A stretch of 28,838 nt of DNA from Gemmatimonadota bacterium (GTDB taxonomy: Bacteria; Latescibacterota; UBA2968; UBA8231). The notes under the pieces are model-generated. The model searched no databases. It worked only from the letters and a program-made list of their open reading frames with translations, and was not told where the DNA came from. How positions within the stretch are numbered: position 1 is the stretch's first letter; the number at the start of each line of letters is the position of its first letter. This document shows positions 1 through 8,996 of the stretch, one piece after another. The position numbers and the translations under genes are program-made. The DNA lies in the NCBI GenBank assembly GCA_038128265.1, contig JAYPJE010000010.1, positions 1 through 28,838 of the forward strand. The letters are read 5' to 3'.

Positions 1-1368
1 CTTTACCACTCCCGTTATCATCAGCGGAGCCACTTCTCCAGCACCGCGCGCCGTAGCGAGTATGATCCCCGTGAGAATGCCCGGCAGCGCACTCGGCAGC
101 ACAATGTTCCAAATCATCTGAAATTTTGTCGACCCCAGCCCCAGTGCCCCTTCGCGCAATTCGCGTGGCACGGCGGCCAGCGCTTCTTCCGTCGCCACAA
201 TGACCACCGGCACTGTAAGCAGCGCCAGCGTGAGCGATGCCCAGAGAATGCCCCCCGTGCCGTACGTCGGCGTAGGCAGCGACTCAGCGTAAAAGAGCCG
301 GTCTATGCTACCGCCTACCCCGTAGACAAAGAATCCCAAACCAAACATGCCGAATACAATAGAGGGCACACCGGCCAAATTATTAACGGCAATGCGCACC
401 AGGCGCACAAAGACTCCTTGCCGGGCATATTCGCGCAGGTAAAGGGCTGCCAGAATACCAAAGGGCACCGCGGCCAAGCTCATCAACATAACCATCATTA
501 CGGTGCCAAAGAGAGCCGGGAATATGCCCCCTTCCGTATTGGACTCGCGCGGCTGTCCGGCGATAAACTCCCATCCTTTATCGATATAGACGGAGATTTT
601 ACCGCCCAATCCCAACGCATTGGGTCGATAAGCGCGCACGATATCTGCGACGCGCACGCGCCGCACTTCTCCACCGGCTAATGTAAGCAGCACCTCGACG
701 CGTTCGTTTTCGGCGCGCACGGCATTGAGCCGATTCGACACGGCTTCGTACTGGTTCCACAGCTCCGCATTGCGCGCTTCGAGTTCGGCCCTACGCCCCG
801 CGTCGGCTCCTGCCCGTTCAAGTCGTTGCCCTTCGAGGCGCAGTGCTTCCATTTGGCGGTTGAGTTGACCGATTTCATCGTCTTCAATAGCATGGATCTC
901 ATCCCACCGCTGTGCCGACGCAGCGAGCAGGGGTTGCAGCGCATTCCACCCGCCTTCTGCACCGACGGCCAACACCGCATCGCCCTCTACGATGCGGTCA
1001 ATAAAACCATAGGCATCGCCCCATTCGAGCCGCTCAAAAACTACGGCTTCGACTGGCATTACTTCGCCTTCTATATCCGCCTCGTCTAACCAGCGAAAGT
1101 CCAGCCCATACGCATCTCGGTTTCCCACTTTAAGCTGGAGTCGAAAGAGTCCCTCAACGTCTGGAATGGGCTGGCGATCGACCACCTTTCCCATGACAGA
1201 TTGGCCACCGCGCAGCTCCATGCGCTGCAGTGGGCTGGGCCAAAAAACGCCCAAACCATTGTATAAAATAATGCCAACCAATCCGGTTATCATCATCAGG
1301 GAAAAGGCCAGCGCACTGCCCGTGAGCCATATAAACGGATCACCACCGCGCCAAAATTTTGCGTTCAT
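1..1368 (-). CDS. pstA: Phosphate ABC transporter permease PstA, long form with a periplasmic coiled-coil insert; 3' end runs off the window
   Basis: Not in the ORF track because it has no stop in the window. Manual translation from ATG 1368 (ATGA overlap with the pstC stop) gives MNAKFWRGGDPFIWLTG...PRESNTEGGIFPALFGTV...NNLAGVPSIVFGMFGLGFF...ATEEALAAVPRELREGALGLGSTKFQ...ARGAGEVAPLMITGVVK, with typical PstA and EAA-loop motifs. Confidence 0.95.
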   Translation of the reverse strand, partial: MNAKFWRGGDPFIWLTGSALAFSLMMITGLVGIILYNGLGVFWPSPLQRMELRGGQSVMGKVVDRQPIPDVEGLFRLQLKVGNRDAYGLDFRWLDEADIEGEVMPVEAVVFERLEWGDAYGFIDRIVEGDAVLAVGAEGGWNALQPLLAASAQRWDEIHAIEDDEIGQLNRQMEALRLEGQRLERAGADAGRRAELEARNAELWNQYEAVSNRLNAVRAENERVEVLLTLAGGEVRRVRVADIVRAYRPNALGLGGKISVYIDKGWEFIAGQPRESNTEGGIFPALFGTVMMVMLMSLAAVPFGILAALYLREYARQGVFVRLVRIAVNNLAGVPSIVFGMFGLGFFVYGVGGSIDRLFYAESLPTPTYGTGGILWASLTLALLTVPVVIVATEEALAAVPRELREGALGLGSTKFQMIWNIVLPSALPGILTGIILATARGAGEVAPLMITGVVK

Positions 1369-3575
1369 AGTCTATTGTACCGATCGCGCAGACGCTGTCG
1401 CACAACTTCGGCGAGCGTATTAATGGCAAAGGTCGCAGAAAAAAGCAGCAGCCCACTTAAAAAAAGCACGCGGTATAGCGTGCCCTGATGCGGTGCTTCA
1501 GGCAATTCTACGGCGATATTGGCCGATATGGTGCGCATGCCGTTAAATAGGTCCCAATCCATGACCGGGGTATTGCCTGTAGCCATGAGGACGATCATCG
1601 TCTCGCCAATGGCTCGACCGAAACCAATCATGGAAGCAGAAAAAATGCCAGGGAGCGCCATGGGCAGCACGACGCGCACAGCCGTTTGCCAGCGGGTAGC
1701 CCCCAGCGCCAAAGAACCGGCGCGCAGATGACTCGGTATGCTCGATAGCGAATCTTCGCAGATAGTAAAAATGAGCGGTACTACGGCAAAACCCATGGCA
1801 AAACCAACGACCAAACAGTTGCGCTGATCGTATTCTAAACCCAGGTCGCGCTGCCACCAGTGCAAAAAGCCGTCGGCAAAAAAGCGCGTTTCGAAAGCAG
1901 GACCAGCGGCAAATGCCAGCCACGTACTGAGGAGAGAAACACCCACCAGAAGAAAAATTTCCCAGCGCGTGGCCGTGCGGCGTCGGAAACCCACTGGCAG
2001 CTGTTGCCAAGCCCAAGAGGCCAGCACCACGCTAACGGGGACCAGCGGAAAGAGCAGCAGCGTTCCAACCAGATGTTTCTCCAATAGCGGAGCGAGCCAC
2101 AGCCCGGCGAGAAAGCCGAGAATCACGCTGGGCAAGGACGCCATGACTTCCACCGTTGGCTTTACGATGCCACGCACGCGTGGACTGGCAAACTCCGAAG
2201 TATATATGGCCGCTAAAACGGCCAACGGCAGGGCGAAAAGCATGGCATAAACCGTACCTTTAACCGTGCCAAATAAGAGGGGAATCAAGCTTATTTTCGC
2301 CTCAAACTCATCCGATCCGCCCGTCGACTGCCAGACGAACTCCTCGCGGGAATACCCCTCGTACCACACTTTGCCAAAGAGAATATCCAGCGAAATTTCG
2401 GGATGGGGATTTTTGATCTGATAGCGCACCAAGGAGCCGGCATCGTCGACGTACACCAATCCATCGGATTTGGGAGCAAAAGCGACGTCGCGCACCGCCA
2501 CTTCGCTCTCTATAGCGAAGAATTTTTGCTCTGTTGTCATGTGGTGCAGCGCAATGTGTCCCTCGGCATCGACGCTGATAAACTGCTTGTCGCGCAGCGA
2601 GCTTTCGAGGTCGACAACCGCCGCGCCATGACCTGCCAGCGCGTGCAAACGACTAAATAGGCGTTCCCCCGCTGCGTTCTCTACCTGTGCCCAGGTATGC
2701 ACACCGCCGTCGGCATCGCCGACGGCCACGGACACATCGCCTAAGATGTAGTTAAGCGCTGTGATCGGTGCGTTAGCGGCCTTGAACGCGCTCTGAAATT
2801 GGGGCACTTGGTCGACATCACCCAGCTTCCAAACGCCTATATAACCGCTATCCATACCGACGAGTAGGCGGCGTAGACGGCGATCCAACAGCAAAGTGGT
2901 AGCCATGCCCTCCACATCACCGCGCACCTCGTGAACGCGCTCTACCAATTCGCCGGCCCCCAGCAATCCCTGCTGCTGTTCGCGCATGGCAATCAGCACG
3001 CGCCCAGACTCATCTATGCCCGCGACAGCGGATCGGCCCTCACCTTCATTCTGCACTTCGATCGAGCGCAGCTGCTGGCCTTCAGTCGCCAACGCGACAA
3101 CTTCGCCTACGCTAAACCGGGGTCTCACCTGACGCTCGCCCGTCGCGTAATCGAGCTGAAAGCGCACCGTACCCAGCAGCACGCGCCCGTCTTCTAACCC
3201 CCAAGCCACCCACCCATCGCGCAGGGAGCGGACGGCCAAATGCGCGCGCGTGTTGGATAAGATGTCGGGGCGCTGGCGCCCCATGATTTCCCCATCACTC
3301 AGGCGCATGAAATCGAGGCCTTCTGGACGGGCGATATAGGCCACTTCGCGATAGGGATCAACGCCAACGGCCAGCGCACCCTCGGCCATGTGGTCGGCCT
3401 GGCGCTCGGAGGTTGGAGAGACAAAAAGTGGGTAGGATTCGAAGAGGATAAACAGCAAAATGCCCATGACGGCAGCGATGATACCCACGCCGCCGATGGC
3501 AATGAGGTGACGGCCAACCCGATCTATAATCCGGGCTCGGACCGTCACCCCGCGTATGGTGCGTTTCTCTTGCAC
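1365..3575 (-). CDS. pstC: Phosphate ABC transporter permease PstC, long form with an N-terminal beta-propeller-like extracytoplasmic domain
   Basis: C-terminal permease motifs ASLPSVILG, GSLALGATRWQTAVRVVLP, GRAIGETMIVLMATGN and ISANIAVELPEA. Lies between pstS and pstA. Confidence 0.95.
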   Translation of the reverse strand: MQEKRTIRGVTVRARIIDRVGRHLIAIGGVGIIAAVMGILLFILFESYPLFVSPTSERQADHMAEGALAVGVDPYREVAYIARPEGLDFMRLSDGEIMGRQRPDILSNTRAHLAVRSLRDGWVAWGLEDGRVLLGTVRFQLDYATGERQVRPRFSVGEVVALATEGQQLRSIEVQNEGEGRSAVAGIDESGRVLIAMREQQQGLLGAGELVERVHEVRGDVEGMATTLLLDRRLRRLLVGMDSGYIGVWKLGDVDQVPQFQSAFKAANAPITALNYILGDVSVAVGDADGGVHTWAQVENAAGERLFSRLHALAGHGAAVVDLESSLRDKQFISVDAEGHIALHHMTTEQKFFAIESEVAVRDVAFAPKSDGLVYVDDAGSLVRYQIKNPHPEISLDILFGKVWYEGYSREEFVWQSTGGSDEFEAKISLIPLLFGTVKGTVYAMLFALPLAVLAAIYTSEFASPRVRGIVKPTVEVMASLPSVILGFLAGLWLAPLLEKHLVGTLLLFPLVPVSVVLASWAWQQLPVGFRRRTATRWEIFLLVGVSLLSTWLAFAAGPAFETRFFADGFLHWWQRDLGLEYDQRNCLVVGFAMGFAVVPLIFTICEDSLSSIPSHLRAGSLALGATRWQTAVRVVLPMALPGIFSASMIGFGRAIGETMIVLMATGNTPVMDWDLFNGMRTISANIAVELPEAPHQGTLYRVLFLSGLLLFSATFAINTLAEVVRQRLRDRYNRL

Positions 3576-3586
3576 AGAGCCTTTTC

Positions 3587-4558
3587 TCAGTTCTCCAACT
3601 TGGCTAGCTCAGCCTCAACCACTTCGAAGGGCACGGGCATGTAACCGTCTTTTATGACGATTTCCTGTCCTTCCTTCGAGAAGATGTACTTGCAGAACTC
3701 GCGAACCATAGGATCGAGCTCTTTGCCAGGTGCTTTGTTGATATAAAGGTATAGAAAACGGCCCAGCGGATAGGAACCGTTGAGAACATTCTCCAACGAT
3801 CCCTCTTTATACGGTGCGCCCTCTTTCTTTGCCAGCGGTACAATGCGCACGCCCGACGTGATGTAGCCTATACCACTGTAGCCGATGCCATAGCGATCGG
3901 CCGTGATGCCCTGCACGACAGAAGCCGATCCCGGCTGTTCTTTGACTTCGTCTTTATAGTCGCCCTTAAAAAGCGCGTTGTCTTTGAAGAATCCGTACGT
4001 CCCAGAGGCCGAGTTGCGACCGTACAAGCTGATGCGCGCCCCAGCCCATGGCCCCGTCAGCCCCAGTTGACCCCAGGAAGAAATGTCGCCGCTGTACTCT
4101 CCGCGCCGCGTCTTGGAGAAAATAGCATCGACCTGCGGCAAAGTCAGTCCCTCAATCGGGTTATCCTTGTTGACAAAGACGGCCAGTGCATCAAGCGAAG
4201 TGCGCATCGGGGTCGGCTTGTAACCAAACTGCTGCTCGAACTTATCCTCTTCCGTCGACTTCATCGGACGCGACATAGGTCCAAACTGGGCCGTTCCCTC
4301 GATAAGAGCCGGTGGCGCCGTGCTCGAACCCTTGCCTTCGATTTGAATCTTGACATTGGGGTAAAACTTGCGGAAGCCCTCCAACCACAGCGCCATTAGG
4401 TTGTTCATCGTGTCGGAGCCAATGCTGCTGGCATTGCCCGATATCCCGCTGACTTTAGCATAGGGCTTGATGCGCTCATCGACTGACATCTGCTGGGCAT
4501 GGGCCAGTTGACCAAGGCCCAAGAAGCCGACCAGCGCGAAGATTGACGTCTTTTTCAC
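3587..4558 (-). CDS. pstS: Periplasmic phosphate-binding protein PstS
   Basis: Motifs GSDTM, EGKGSSTAPPAL, MSRPMK, GRNSASGTYGFF and YPLGRFLYLY. Signal peptide ends AHA. GGAGG RBS precedes the GTG start. Confidence 0.96.
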   Translation of the reverse strand: MKKTSIFALVGFLGLGQLAHAQQMSVDERIKPYAKVSGISGNASSIGSDTMNNLMALWLEGFRKFYPNVKIQIEGKGSSTAPPALIEGTAQFGPMSRPMKSTEEDKFEQQFGYKPTPMRTSLDALAVFVNKDNPIEGLTLPQVDAIFSKTRRGEYSGDISSWGQLGLTGPWAGARISLYGRNSASGTYGFFKDNALFKGDYKDEVKEQPGSASVVQGITADRYGIGYSGIGYITSGVRIVPLAKKEGAPYKEGSLENVLNGSYPLGRFLYLYINKAPGKELDPMVREFCKYIFSKEGQEIVIKDGYMPVPFEVVEAELAKLEN

Positions 4559-4598
4559 GTTTATTTCCTCCGGTTAAGGTAGTTATGTAACATTTAAA

Positions 4599-4653
4599 AG
4601 GATGGGTGCGGAAGGTTACGAATGCGTTACACACCCATTAATCCTGTGTTACA
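4599..4653 (-). promoter_or_regulatory. Putative Pho-box promoter of pstSCA
   Basis: Minus-strand hexamers TGTAAC (4653-4648), ATTAAT (4642-4637), TGTAAC (4631-4626) and CGTAAC (4620-4615) at 11-bp period, then 10 nt, then a weak -10-like CATCCT (4604-4599). Confidence 0.8.
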
Positions 4654-4659
4654 TCCGCC

Positions 4660-5622
4660 TTAAAACTTGAAGAAAAACGTCATGCGCCCCTGCACCGTGG
4701 GGTCGCCGCCATCGGGCATTACTACATACAGATTGGGCATCCAGTGCATATTGGTGCGCGGACTGTGATCGAGGCCGGCAATTACCAGCATATTGGTGGC
4801 ATCGACGGCGTCGTTATTCACCGCATCAAGGCGGGCAAATGCCTTTAGCTGATCGGAAAAGGGCTGCGATCCAAAGATCGAAACACCCGATACGGTTACA
4901 TCCGCCGCACCCGATCCGGCACTGTTTGTGCGGGAAAAGACTTCAATGCCTCCGTTAAACCCATCGCTGCGGTAGCCTGTAAATATCTTCAGCGTTCTTT
5001 CCGTCCGCTCTTGCGAACGCACGTTATAATCGGCATATCCCTCGACGACGAGTCCCTCGCCGGGTGCCATACTCACCGAGGCATAAACCTTCTTGCCGTT
5101 GTCGTCTTCTGACTTTTGCCCTGGACCGTTACCCAGCATAGTGAAATAGGACAGCCGGCCGGCCTTTCCCTTGAGTGCAACTCCTAGGTCGGCAGAAGAG
5201 CCAATCTTATTCAAATCCAACACGGTCTTCTCGATGGAGCGATACCCCCAGACGCTCTCGGCCAGCGCCCAGGTTGGCGTGCCCGACAATCCGAGATATA
5301 AATCCGCTCCTCCTAAGTACTTACCCCACTTTAAGTAGGCGTGCTTTACAAAGGGCACCATCTTCAAACCACTGCCGAAGCCCGCATCGTTGGCCTCAAG
5401 CCGTAAACGCGTGGATAGCCCGTCGTCGATTTTTTTGTCGTACGTAAGGTACATGCGGCGAAACTGCAGCGCATTAACCCCCTCTTTTTCTTCGTTATCT
5501 GCAGCAGCGATGTAGTAGTAGTCGCCGAACATATAACCGGACAGCGTACCGTTATCCGCTCCACTAGTACTACTAAGTGTCCCCATAAGCAGTGAGCAAA
5601 CAATCCATATCGCTCGTCTCAT
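4660..5622 (-). CDS. Outer-membrane beta-barrel porin, probably for phosphate or other anions
   Basis: Signal peptide, alternating beta-strand pattern and C-terminal BAM-type signature TFFFKF. Arg/Lys-bearing strands (QFRRMYL, RLRLE, FVKHAY). Directly upstream of pstS. Start placed at ATG 5622 from GGGGGAG RBS spacing; the ORF track extends to 5640. Confidence 0.8.
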   Translation of the reverse strand: MRRAIWIVCSLLMGTLSSTSGADNGTLSGYMFGDYYYIAAADNEEKEGVNALQFRRMYLTYDKKIDDGLSTRLRLEANDAGFGSGLKMVPFVKHAYLKWGKYLGGADLYLGLSGTPTWALAESVWGYRSIEKTVLDLNKIGSSADLGVALKGKAGRLSYFTMLGNGPGQKSEDDNGKKVYASVSMAPGEGLVVEGYADYNVRSQERTERTLKIFTGYRSDGFNGGIEVFSRTNSAGSGAADVTVSGVSIFGSQPFSDQLKAFARLDAVNNDAVDATNMLVIAGLDHSPRTNMHWMPNLYVVMPDGGDPTVQGRMTFFFKF

Positions 5623-5700
5623 TCTCATTAACTCCCCCAAGTGATGTGTAACCGCGCCAAAAGCACGCCCTGTTTGTGAACTCTATGTAACATAGACCCC

Positions 5701-5755
5701 ATTTTAACAGGATCTCGCTACGCCGGTGTTACGCATATGTTACAGTTGTGTTACA
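5701..5755 (-). promoter_or_regulatory. Putative Pho-box promoter of the porin
   Basis: Minus-strand TGTAAC (5755-5750), TGTAAC (5744-5739), CGTAAC (5733-5728) and CGTAGC (5722-5717) at 11-bp period, then 10 nt, then TAAAAT (5706-5701) with an extended-10 TG. Confidence 0.85.
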
Positions 5756-5812
5756 AATCCGAGATGTCCAACTCGACTGGTCCCACCACTCCGGATGATC
5801 GCCAAAGCCGCA

Positions 5813-5867
5813 TGCCACATAAATGTCGCATAGCCGGCACGTGATCGACACGAAGACCCGATACGTT
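5813..5867 (+). promoter_or_regulatory. Putative degenerate Pho-box promoter of the TonB-dependent receptor
   Basis: TGCCAC (5813), TGTCGC (5824), CGGCAC (5835) and CGACAC (5846) at 11-bp period, then 10 nt, then TACGTT (5862-5867). Confidence 0.6.
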
Positions 5868-5946
5868 CCATACCAGCACATACACTTGCTGGTCACATCA
5901 CGGCACCAACGGACCGCATCATGTCTTAGGAGGATCGCTTCACACA

Positions 5947-8856
5947 ATGAAATTCGTCGCCACTATTTTGATTGGAATCGCCCTGTTTATACCCAGCCGA
6001 ATGGGTGCACAGGAAACAGGCACGCTATCGGGTATCGTCGTCGATGGCCAAAACGGTGATCCCCTCGTCGGTGCCACCCTCTTCTTGGAGGGAACTAACT
6101 ATGGCACCCTATGCGATATCGATGGGTCCTTTCGCATCTTTGACATACCCCCAGGAACGTATGTCCTCGTAGCTTCGATGATTGGCTATGCCAAAACGTC
6201 GATCATTGGCGTTGAGGTGTCAGCAGAGGGAGGCCAGCCGATCGAGGTTGCGCTCAATCCAGAGGCGATCGAACTATCAGAAGAAACCGTTATCGAGGCC
6301 AAGGCGCTGAGAAACACCGGTGCCTCTCTGCTTAAGGAACGCCAAAAGTCGCCTGCCGTCAGCGATGCAATCAGCGCCGAGGAAATTTCCCGTGCCGGCA
6401 GCGGCGATGCCGCAGAAGCCATGAGCCATGTGACGGGGGCCTCGGTCGTCGGCGGCAAGTACGTGTATATCCGCGGTCTGGGCGACCGCTACTCATCGGT
6501 CCAACTCAACGGCTCGTCTCTTCCCAGTTCCGACCCCAATAAACGCGCCGTTCCCATGGACCTCTTTCCCACCAGTTTGCTCGACAACATTGTCACAACC
6601 AAAAGCTTTACCCCGGACAAACCCGGCGACTTCACCGGTGGGAGCATCAACATCGGCACGAAAGCGTTCCCCGACAATTTTACGCTGTCCGTATCGGCTT
6701 CAACTTCTTACAACACCCGCAGCTCCCTCAATGATCGATTCATCACCTACGACGGTGGCGCCCTAGACTGGCTCGGGGTAGACGATGGCACGCGCGAGCT
6801 GCCCGCCTCGCTCGAAGCCGGAACCGCCCATATACCGGATGTTGGAGCAGCCTATACGGACCCCGAATTGGCCCGCTTACTCGACCAATATTCCAAGTCG
6901 TTCTCGCCCGTTATGGCGCCCAGCACGCAAAAGTCGGGGCTCAACCAAAGCTATTCGGTCGCCTTGGGTAATGTGGCCGACCTGGGGGGCAAGCCCCTGG
7001 GCTTTTTAGGTTCATTGACCTACGGCAACGCCGTTTCTTTCTACGATGAGGGCACTTCGGCTCGGTGGCAGCTCACCAGCAGAAATGCCAACACACTCAC
7101 CAACAACTACCGCCTGAGCGACGCCCGCGGCACCCGAGAAATCTCCTTGGGCAGCTTGGCTACGCTCTCCTATCGCCCTGCTCGAGCTCACGAAGTCTCC
7201 ATTACCAATATGTTTAATCGTTCGAGCGAAGATATGGCGCGCTACTTGTCGGGAGCCTTCCCGCGCGACTTGGAAGAGCAGGCTGTCTACGAGACGCGGG
7301 TGCTGCAGTTTACCGAACGCCAGATGCATTCGCTCCAGCTAGCCGGCAAGCATCAATGGGCTTCTCTGGGCGATCTGCGGGCGGAATGGACCGGCTCGCA
7401 TTCCACGTCGCAGCAGGACGAACCCGATCTACGCTTTTTTACTAACAACTCCATAACGCGCGACAATCGCCCTCTGCGCGATGAAACCGGCCAACTGCTG
7501 CGCGATGAAAACGGCACGGTGCTCCGCGGACCGGTGACATCATACTCCATTTCTCCATCAATCTATCCGCTGCCCACGCGCTATTATCGACGTCTACACG
7601 AGTCAAATAGAGAAGGCCAACTCAACCTGACGATGCCCTTCAACCAGTGGCAGGGAATACGAGGTTCAATTAAAAGCGGCCTGTTGGCCTTAAGTAAACA
7701 GCGCGTATTTCGCGAGAACCGCTATGAGTTTGCCCAAGACGACATCCGTTACAATGGAGATCCCTCCACGTTCTTCAACGCAGATAACCTAGGCATCCTT
7801 TCCAATGAGGATGAGCTCTACCGCTTTGGCAGCTACGTGCAGGATGCATCCCAGCTATCGAGCAACTTCGACGGCGATCAAAGCATATACGCAGCCTATG
7901 CCATGCTTGAGCTACCGATTAATACGCGCTTGCGCTTTATCGGCGGTGCGCGCTTAGAGCGCACGCGCATGAGCGTAGTCAGCCAGGATAGCACCAAGGC
8001 GGCAGGGCACCTCGACACAGACGACCTGCTCCCGTCATTCAATGCGGTCTATAGCTTTAGCGATCGTATGAATCTGCGCGCATCCTACGGCCGGACCCTG
8101 GCAAGACCTACCTTCCGCGAGCTAGCGCCGTTCTCCTCCTTTAATTTTGTCGGCGACTACATTTTCATTGGTAACCCCGAGTTAAAACGCACGCTCGTCG
8201 ATAATTTCGACCTTCGCTGGGAGCATTTCGGCAAACCCGGTGAGATCGTTGCCGTCAGCCTATTTTCAAAGAAATTTCAATACCCGATAGAGCGCGTCAT
8301 CCTCACGGTCAACGGAGAACTCCAGTTCCAGAATGTCAATCGCGCCCGCGTCAACGGCGTCGAGTTTGAAGTCCGCCGCGATTTGGGTTTCATCCACTCT
8401 GCCTTTGAATTTATACATGCGGGCGGCAATGCTTCCCTCGTGCAGTCTCAGGTGACCATTGGCAGCAACGAGCTCACGCTGCGCCGCGCCTTGGATCCTT
8501 CCGCAGAGGATACCCGGTCCTTACAGGGCCAATCACCCTATCTGCTCAATCTCGACCTGAGCTACGATAATTATCAGACGGGTACGACGGCTGGGGTATA
8601 CTACAACCTATTTGGGCGCAGATTGGAAGAGGTAAGCTTGGGTGGCACACCCGATGTATACGAGAAGGCACGCAGCACGCTAGACCTCACGCTCGCTAAG
8701 AAATGGGGTGTTTACAAAGTTAAGCTCAGCGCCAAGAACGTCCTTGATAATGCGGTTGAAAAAGCCTACCGCTACGCCGGGACGGACTATACCGCTTCGC
8801 AGTATTATAAAGGCCGTACGCTGTCCTTCTCCCTTACCTATGGCGTCGGAAGGTAA
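5947..8856 (+). CDS. TonB-dependent outer-membrane receptor with an N-terminal carboxypeptidase-regulatory-like domain
   Basis: Signal peptide; N-terminal domain GTLSGIVVDGQNGDPLVGAT; plug motifs YVYIRGLGDRYS and KSFTPDKPGDFTGGSINI; barrel motifs RPTFRELAP, GNPELK and KLSAKNVLD...GRTLSFSLTY. Confidence 0.95.
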   Translation: MKFVATILIGIALFIPSRMGAQETGTLSGIVVDGQNGDPLVGATLFLEGTNYGTLCDIDGSFRIFDIPPGTYVLVASMIGYAKTSIIGVEVSAEGGQPIEVALNPEAIELSEETVIEAKALRNTGASLLKERQKSPAVSDAISAEEISRAGSGDAAEAMSHVTGASVVGGKYVYIRGLGDRYSSVQLNGSSLPSSDPNKRAVPMDLFPTSLLDNIVTTKSFTPDKPGDFTGGSINIGTKAFPDNFTLSVSASTSYNTRSSLNDRFITYDGGALDWLGVDDGTRELPASLEAGTAHIPDVGAAYTDPELARLLDQYSKSFSPVMAPSTQKSGLNQSYSVALGNVADLGGKPLGFLGSLTYGNAVSFYDEGTSARWQLTSRNANTLTNNYRLSDARGTREISLGSLATLSYRPARAHEVSITNMFNRSSEDMARYLSGAFPRDLEEQAVYETRVLQFTERQMHSLQLAGKHQWASLGDLRAEWTGSHSTSQQDEPDLRFFTNNSITRDNRPLRDETGQLLRDENGTVLRGPVTSYSISPSIYPLPTRYYRRLHESNREGQLNLTMPFNQWQGIRGSIKSGLLALSKQRVFRENRYEFAQDDIRYNGDPSTFFNADNLGILSNEDELYRFGSYVQDASQLSSNFDGDQSIYAAYAMLELPINTRLRFIGGARLERTRMSVVSQDSTKAAGHLDTDDLLPSFNAVYSFSDRMNLRASYGRTLARPTFRELAPFSSFNFVGDYIFIGNPELKRTLVDNFDLRWEHFGKPGEIVAVSLFSKKFQYPIERVILTVNGELQFQNVNRARVNGVEFEVRRDLGFIHSAFEFIHAGGNASLVQSQVTIGSNELTLRRALDPSAEDTRSLQGQSPYLLNLDLSYDNYQTGTTAGVYYNLFGRRLEEVSLGGTPDVYEKARSTLDLTLAKKWGVYKVKLSAKNVLDNAVEKAYRYAGTDYTASQYYKGRTLSFSLTYGVGR
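7474..7529 (+). repeat. Imperfect in-frame 24-bp tandem repeat (about 2.3 copies) inside the receptor gene
   Basis: CTGCGCGATGAAACCGGCCAACTG / CTGCGCGATGAAAACGGCACGGTG / CTCCGCGG, encoding LRDETGQL-LRDENGTV-LR. Confidence 0.85.
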
Positions 8857-8879
8857 CTTTATCTGACGGCTACTATTTC

Positions 8880-8913
8880 ATAGGGGTCGCCCGATTCGGC
8901 GGCCCCTATTTTT
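8880..8913 (+). terminator. Intrinsic terminator after the receptor gene
   Basis: Stem-loop ATAGGGGTCGCC-CGATTC-GGCGGCCCCTAT followed by a T tract. Confidence 0.85.
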
Positions 8914-8941
8914 GTACTGTGTATCCGCATTAACCGCCCTT

Positions 8942-8996
8942 CGTAACACGCTTTTCACATTCACGCCATCAGTACGCCATACCTCCCGAGTACTGT
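8942..8996 (+). promoter_or_regulatory. Putative Pho-box promoter of the secreted protein
   Basis: CGTAAC (8942), TTTCAC (8953), CGCCAT (8964) and CGCCAT (8975) at 11-bp period, then 10 nt, then TACTGT (8991-8996). Confidence 0.65.

Noticed and set aside
383..1423. Several short ORFs (63-100 aa) in the ORF track at the left end
   Set aside because: They all overlap the open pstA frame (1368 to <1), which the track missed because it lacks a stop codon in the window.
5717..5755. Short direct repeats considered as a CRISPR array or iterons
   Set aside because: The units are 6-7 bp at 11-bp period with no spacers and no cas or rep genes. They fit regulator binding sites.
5729..6059. ORFs 5729..5947 (-) and 5823..6059 (+) in the divergent promoter region
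   Set aside because: No recognisable protein features, and they overlie the Pho-box promoters and the receptor start.
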